Both the position numbers and the translations under genes were made by a program. 64,000 nucleotides of DNA from Octopus vulgaris (lineage: Eukaryota). Shown one piece after another: positions 55,495 to 64,000 of this stretch; the first letter of the stretch is position 1; the number at the start of each line of letters is the position of its first letter. The stretch spans positions 59,458,001-59,522,000 of the forward strand of contig OX597820.1 in assembly GCA_951406725.2 (NCBI GenBank), read 5' to 3'. Under the pieces are notes generated by a model. It was not told the DNA's origin. It was given only the letters and a program-made list of their open reading frames with translations, and ran no database searches.

Positions 55495-55862
55495 GGCGTA
55501 GGAGTGGCTGTGTGGTAAGTAGCTTGCTTACGAACCACATAGTTCCAGGTTCAGTTCCACAGCGTGGCACCTTGGGCAAGTGTCTTCTACTATAGCCTCG
55601 GGCCGACCAAAGCCTTGTGAGTGGATTTGGTAGACGGAAATTGAAAGAAGCCCGTCGTATATATGTATATATATAGGGAGTGTTTACGAAAAAAAGAAAA
55701 GAGGAAGACAGGTGTACAAAACAGACAAATGCTCAGGAATAGAAAAAGTCTTTTACGTTTCGAGCCTACGCTCTTCTACAGAAAGGGACACAGAAAAAAC
55801 AAGGAGAGAAGGAGAGAAAAAAAGGAAAGAAAAAAGAGAAAAAGTGTGTGTAGTGGGTAACG

Positions 55863-55913
<51 letters not shown>

Positions 55914-56141
55914 TATGTGTGTGTGTGTGTGTGTATGTGTGTGTGTGTGTGTGAGTGTATGTTTGTCCTCCCAACATCGCCTGACAACCGATGCGGGTAC
56001 GTCCCCGTAACTTAGCGGTTCGGCAAGAGAGACCGATAGAATAAGTACTAGTCTTACAAAGAATAAGTCCTGGGTCGATTTGCTCGACTAAAGGCGGTGC
56101 TCCAGCATGGCTGCAGTCAAATGACTGAAACAAATAAAAGA
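55495..56141 (+). mobile_element. CORE-like SINE with a foreign fragment (about 55675-55865) inserted in its internal (TA)n
   Basis: Canonical head, CORE-like region and tail. The insert GGGAGTGTTTACGAAAAAAAG...GAAGACAGGTGTACAAAAC is homologous to 40733-40808. Confidence 0.88.
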
Positions 56142-56815
56142 AACAGTGCATTGTTGAAGTGGTTGAAATTTGGGAGGATTTTGTTCCTGTAACTCTTTAA
56201 TTGCTTTATATACCGATGAAAGGACTTTTACGTTTTTTCTTTTGTTTTTTGGTACCATTATAAACCTAGGTTTAAATGTAAAGACCAAGAGAAGAGAGGG
56301 CGAAATACTTAAGTCGTTTTAGCTCACGTATTTTTAGTACCGTTGATGTTGGTAGTTATTGTGTGCATCGGTGTTAGTGTTCAAGTGCCAGCCTTGATCA
56401 TAAAAGCGAAACTCACCACTGTGAAAAATATCTTTTATTATCCGACAGTTAAATAATATTTTTCTGATGAGGTCTCATCAGTGTGTTCCCGCTCCTGTAT
56501 TTTACTACCCACATTGACCTCAAGGGAACAGCTGACTTTCATAATAGAGCAGGTTTATTATTTATTTTGTGGTCATAAACAACATTATAAAGTCGGTCCT
56601 GTTTTAATTTAGTCACCGTATCACTAAAGATCAGACTCACTACCCACCTCGTTCAATAATTACTCAATTTAACTAATTAATATTTTGCGATAGTCTCCCC
56701 TGTAATTTTTTCTGGTTTAACATGAACTATCCATGGAGATGTGGCCCAGTGGTTGGGGTAGCGGATTCGGGTTATCCCGAGTGACGTGCTCTGGCCATCT
56801 TGGGTATATATATGC

Positions 56816-56877
<62 letters not shown>

Positions 56878-57979
56878 ATATGCTTTTATGTATGTTTGCA
56901 TATATATGGTATGTGTGTACATAAGTATATGCGTACATATTCATTTATACATGTATATTTATATGTATTTATTTATATGTGTGCTTTTGGTTTTCATAAG
57001 ATCAACCGCCACCAGAAACGATGCAGGAGAGAGAGAGAATCATAAGACATGACTTAAGTTTCCTAAATCACGACCAAGCAGTCGTCTTTTTTTTTTAAAC
57101 AAAAAAAATAATGCATCAGAAAAGAAGTAAAGCAAAGAACAAGAAAAATCAAAAGTTACACGACTGAAATCCCTTAGGACCTCCAGAAATGCCAGCACTG
57201 ATATTCAACTACTGTCAACGTTGTCAAATAGCAAGAAATTGAGACTAAATAAGTTCCACAACAATATCAGACCTAACAAAAGTCCTCCAGAGACATCATC
57301 CCGTAGACCTATTATTTTTTGTGCTCCTTTGAAAATATCTAAAAGACTAGTTCTCTACACGACTAACACTTATTCTTTGTTCTTATACCGCATATATTAA
57401 TCTAGCTATTTTTTTCTTAAAGTACCTTGATTCTTGGCATTGGTAAGGCTGTAAATTTGCAATGAGTGAAATGTAGGAATAGAGTTATTTGATTCCAGCC
57501 TCTAGCACATTGCTTGTAGTCACATTGTCGGAGAGATGAAAGGCACAGCTGCTTCTGACTGGATTTGAATACAGAACGAAGAGAGACGAAACTAAATACT
57601 CTAAGTCATTTAGTTCGGGGTTTCATCGTTTCTGTCACTCTACTGCTTTCTCAAAACATTACAATTGTATAACTGGCAGATATTCCCGAGAGTTATTTAT
57701 ATTAATCACAAATATTTTGTCTATATGCTCCTATACGTGCCTACTTTGTGGTGGGTGCCTGTATGCAATACGTTTAATATGAAACAGATTTCTGTACACA
57801 CCAGCCATCTCATACAGCATGTTATCAAAACCCAAAGCCCGAATCCAATTGTAAGAGAGCTAGAAAGATTCGATTTGATGAATTCTGAACTGAGATTTAA
57901 TATCAGATTAGCTTCAGACAAACAGGACGAGTCAACACTACGAGCTAACAAACTACTTGGCATAATTAAACAATTGTAG

Positions 57980-58770
57980 AGCTGTTAGCTAACTCCTCCT
58001 ACATCGTTTTATCGATTTTGATGAAACTTGATACGTGAGTGGAACTCATGTCTGGAAACCTCATGGCATACTCAGATTGTTGAAAATAATTCGATAATAG
58101 GACCCCGAGAAGGGATCCTTATATATAGCCAAGGGAAATAACCCATTCATTTTCCTAAATTATTTGGTAAAAGGAAAATGTGTATGCTTATTTCTTAGTA
58201 TTTGAACTGTTAGAGTTATTTTCGCAATTTATCCAGTACAACCTTTACACATATAAATAGTATTTTCCTAAACAATAGATCCACTTATTTCGGTTAGTGA
58301 CTTATTCACAAATATACCAACACTAGCATTCCTGAGGGTAATATTCTCTGGGAACTCACAAAAGCCCTTATCAGAGTCATTTACTTTGAATTGTTATTAT
58401 CTCATATCTGATTAGCCTGTTATTACGTAACATGCTTCATTATTTTAGTATACATACCTTATTAGTATTTCCATTTATATTCTGTATCCTTTGGGAACGC
58501 ATTAAAGCCCTTTTCCGGGCTACTTTATTTGAATACTTACTATCGGGTAACTAATTTCATGTTATTAGATAACTTACTTCACAACTTGGGTATTCATAAC
58601 ATATTGGGAATTCCTAAAACAAGATCCTGTGCATTCTCTGCAAATGTACAAAAAAGCGTTTTAAGGGCTACATACTTTGTATTGTTGTTATTGGATTAGC
58701 GAAACAATTATGAGAACGGAACCAAAGGTTAAGCCCCGCTTTCCCGGGAATTTCCGGCTACGCCAGCTAG
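57980..58770 (+). mobile_element. Non-autonomous Helitron-like element
   Basis: 3' GC hairpin CCGGGAATTTCCGG (58744-58757) followed by CTAG|T at 58767-58771. The 5' part contains a TCGATTTTGATGAAACTT motif like the GCCGATTTTGAC at the 43.6-kb Helitron end. Confidence 0.55.
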
Positions 58771-58777
58771 TATATAT

Positions 58778-60921
<2,144 letters not shown>

Positions 60922-60934
60922 CACATATATCAAT

Positions 60935-60992
<58 letters not shown>

Positions 60993-61514
60993 GTATATAC
61001 GTATGTATGTATATATAAAGAGTCGTTCTTGTTGCGCTAGTTTGTGCTTCGAGATCCTAAACGGTCGGTGAGTTAAAGTAATGCTGCTGTCGCCGTCAAC
61101 TCCTATATCCACAAATAAAAATTCGGTGCAGGTATGGCTGCAACTATATGGTTTCGGGTTCAATCCCACTCCACAGTACCTTGGCCAAGTATTGTCTACT
61201 ACAGCCCCGAGTGACCAAAGTCTTGTGAATAGATTTGATAGACAGAAACTGTGCGGAAGCTCGTAGTGTGTGTGTGTATTGTTTGTGTGTGTGTACATAT
61301 GTATGTGCGTGTGTTCTTGCATTTGTGCTTGCTCACCCTCCCCACCTACTCACGACATTTGACATGTCTCCGTAACATAGCAGTTCGGTAAAAGAAACCT
61401 ATAGAATACGTACAACACTTAAAAATAAATGAACCCAGTAGTCAATTTGTTCGACTAAACTATTGAAGGTAGAGCCCCAGCATAACCGCAGTACAATGGC
61501 TGAAATAAGAAAAG

Positions 61515-61562
<48 letters not shown>

Positions 61563-61674
61563 ACGTGATCACGTGACCGACCAGTCCATCAGATGTAGTT
61601 ACACATCGCTGGTCACAATGCGTTTGCATTGTTTTAGCCTTCGAATGACGCCACCCCGCTGGCTAAGCGAGCAG

Positions 61675-61726
<52 letters not shown>

Positions 61727-61730
<4 letters not shown>

Positions 61731-62160
61731 TCGTCGTCGACTTACGACCAGAACTGGTTCCGACTGACTGGTCGTTAGTCGATTTAGTCGTATATAGGCC
61801 TACATAGCTTTGTTTTACATGTTTTTACATTCTTAAGGTAAATTCTCAGGTAAAATTCACACAGCATTCTGTATTATACTATTATACTGACTTTAGTAAA
61901 AAATTTCGGAGTTTCAAGCACTCGCCTTATAGGCAAATATGAGGTTGCCTCCATGTTTCCACGACACAGTGGCGATCGATAACCTAACCGAGTGGGAGCG
62001 TTTGTTAGCAGACATCATCCGTAGACGGGTTAATTTCTAAGAAATTATACTCATTAGATTTCAGCTGGACTATATATTATTGCTGCCGGAAGCTGGCGCC
62101 CCAAATATCGTAAAGTCGATCGGTTGTAAGTCGGACAGCTCGTTAGTTGACGACGACCTG
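61727..62160. mobile_element. Tc1/pogo (Tigger-like) MITE
   Basis: TIRs TAGGTCGTCGTCGACTTACGA and TCGTTAGTTGACGACGACCTG, flanked by TA. Confidence 0.8.
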
Positions 62161-62167
62161 TATATAT

Positions 62168-63584
<1,417 letters not shown>

Positions 63585-63796
63585 TAATTGAGTAGTTGAA
63601 TGAATTATCTTATTATGGATAATTCGGTTAACCGATACCTGGGTAGCAAATTCACGTCAGAAAAACACGGTTAAAGCTACATGCCTAGGGCAGAGATCAC
63701 GTGCTATCGTGTGGAAATTTGTGTGTTTTTTAAATACAAATAAATGAAAGAATGGAGTTGAACAACGAATTAACAAAATTCATATAAGTTCCTTGT

Positions 63797-63879
63797 TTTT
63801 CTTGATGAGAAGGCGGCATAATGCACCCCTTATTCCTTCGAAATTAGGAATATGCAGCCTTCGAAACATATGTCGAAAA
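63797..63879 (+). ncRNA. Type I minimal hammerhead ribozyme-like motif (C3U core variant) in a (TA)n-flanked Penelope-like relic (63581-63932)
   Basis: Stem I TTTTC/GAAAA; core TTGATGA (63802-63808); stem II GAAGGC/GCCTTC; GAAA (63863-63866); palindromic stem III ACATATGT; GTC cleavage triplet at 63872-63874; AATAAA immediately downstream. Confidence 0.7.
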
Positions 63880-63927
63880 TAAAGGAAATTTGTTAATTCG
63901 TCGTTCAACTCCATTCTTTCATTTATT

Positions 63928-63972
<45 letters not shown>

Positions 63973-64000
63973 TGAGAGAGAGAGGAGAGAAGGAAGACGA

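Noticed and set aside
56464-56481. CTGATGAG-GT-CTCATCAG as a hammerhead core
   Set aside because: No downstream GAAA or stem III. It is just a short palindrome at the edge of a dispersed repeat also present at about 45058-45190.

Overview
Eukaryotic, AT-rich, microsatellite-dense genomic DNA. The SINE families and repeat landscape suggest an octopus or other coleoid cephalopod (inference). The only host gene I can support is the 5' end of a minus-strand patched (Hedgehog receptor) gene. It has two clear coding exons (22767-22883, 8113-8305), a probable short first coding exon (23429-23470), a likely promoter near 24.9-25.2 kb and several Gli/Ci-like sites; the remaining exons lie left of the window. 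Everything else is intron or intergenic DNA filled with tRNA-derived SINEs and decayed transposons: CR1-, L1/Tx1-, RTE- and R4/Dong-type LINE pieces, a SPIN/Charlie-type hAT, hAT and Tc1/pogo MITEs, Helitrons and a full-length mariner relic. Most ORFs in the track are microsatellite or SINE artefacts. The most notable observations are: minimal hammerhead-ribozyme folds in (TA)n-embedded Penelope-like relics, the best at 63797-63879; a hAT MITE carrying an inverted 210-bp copy of its own flank; several long near-perfect inverted repeats; a dimeric SINE with a shared TSD; a pre-miRNA-like hairpin; and a candidate antisense exon inside patched. All alignments and folds were done by eye.
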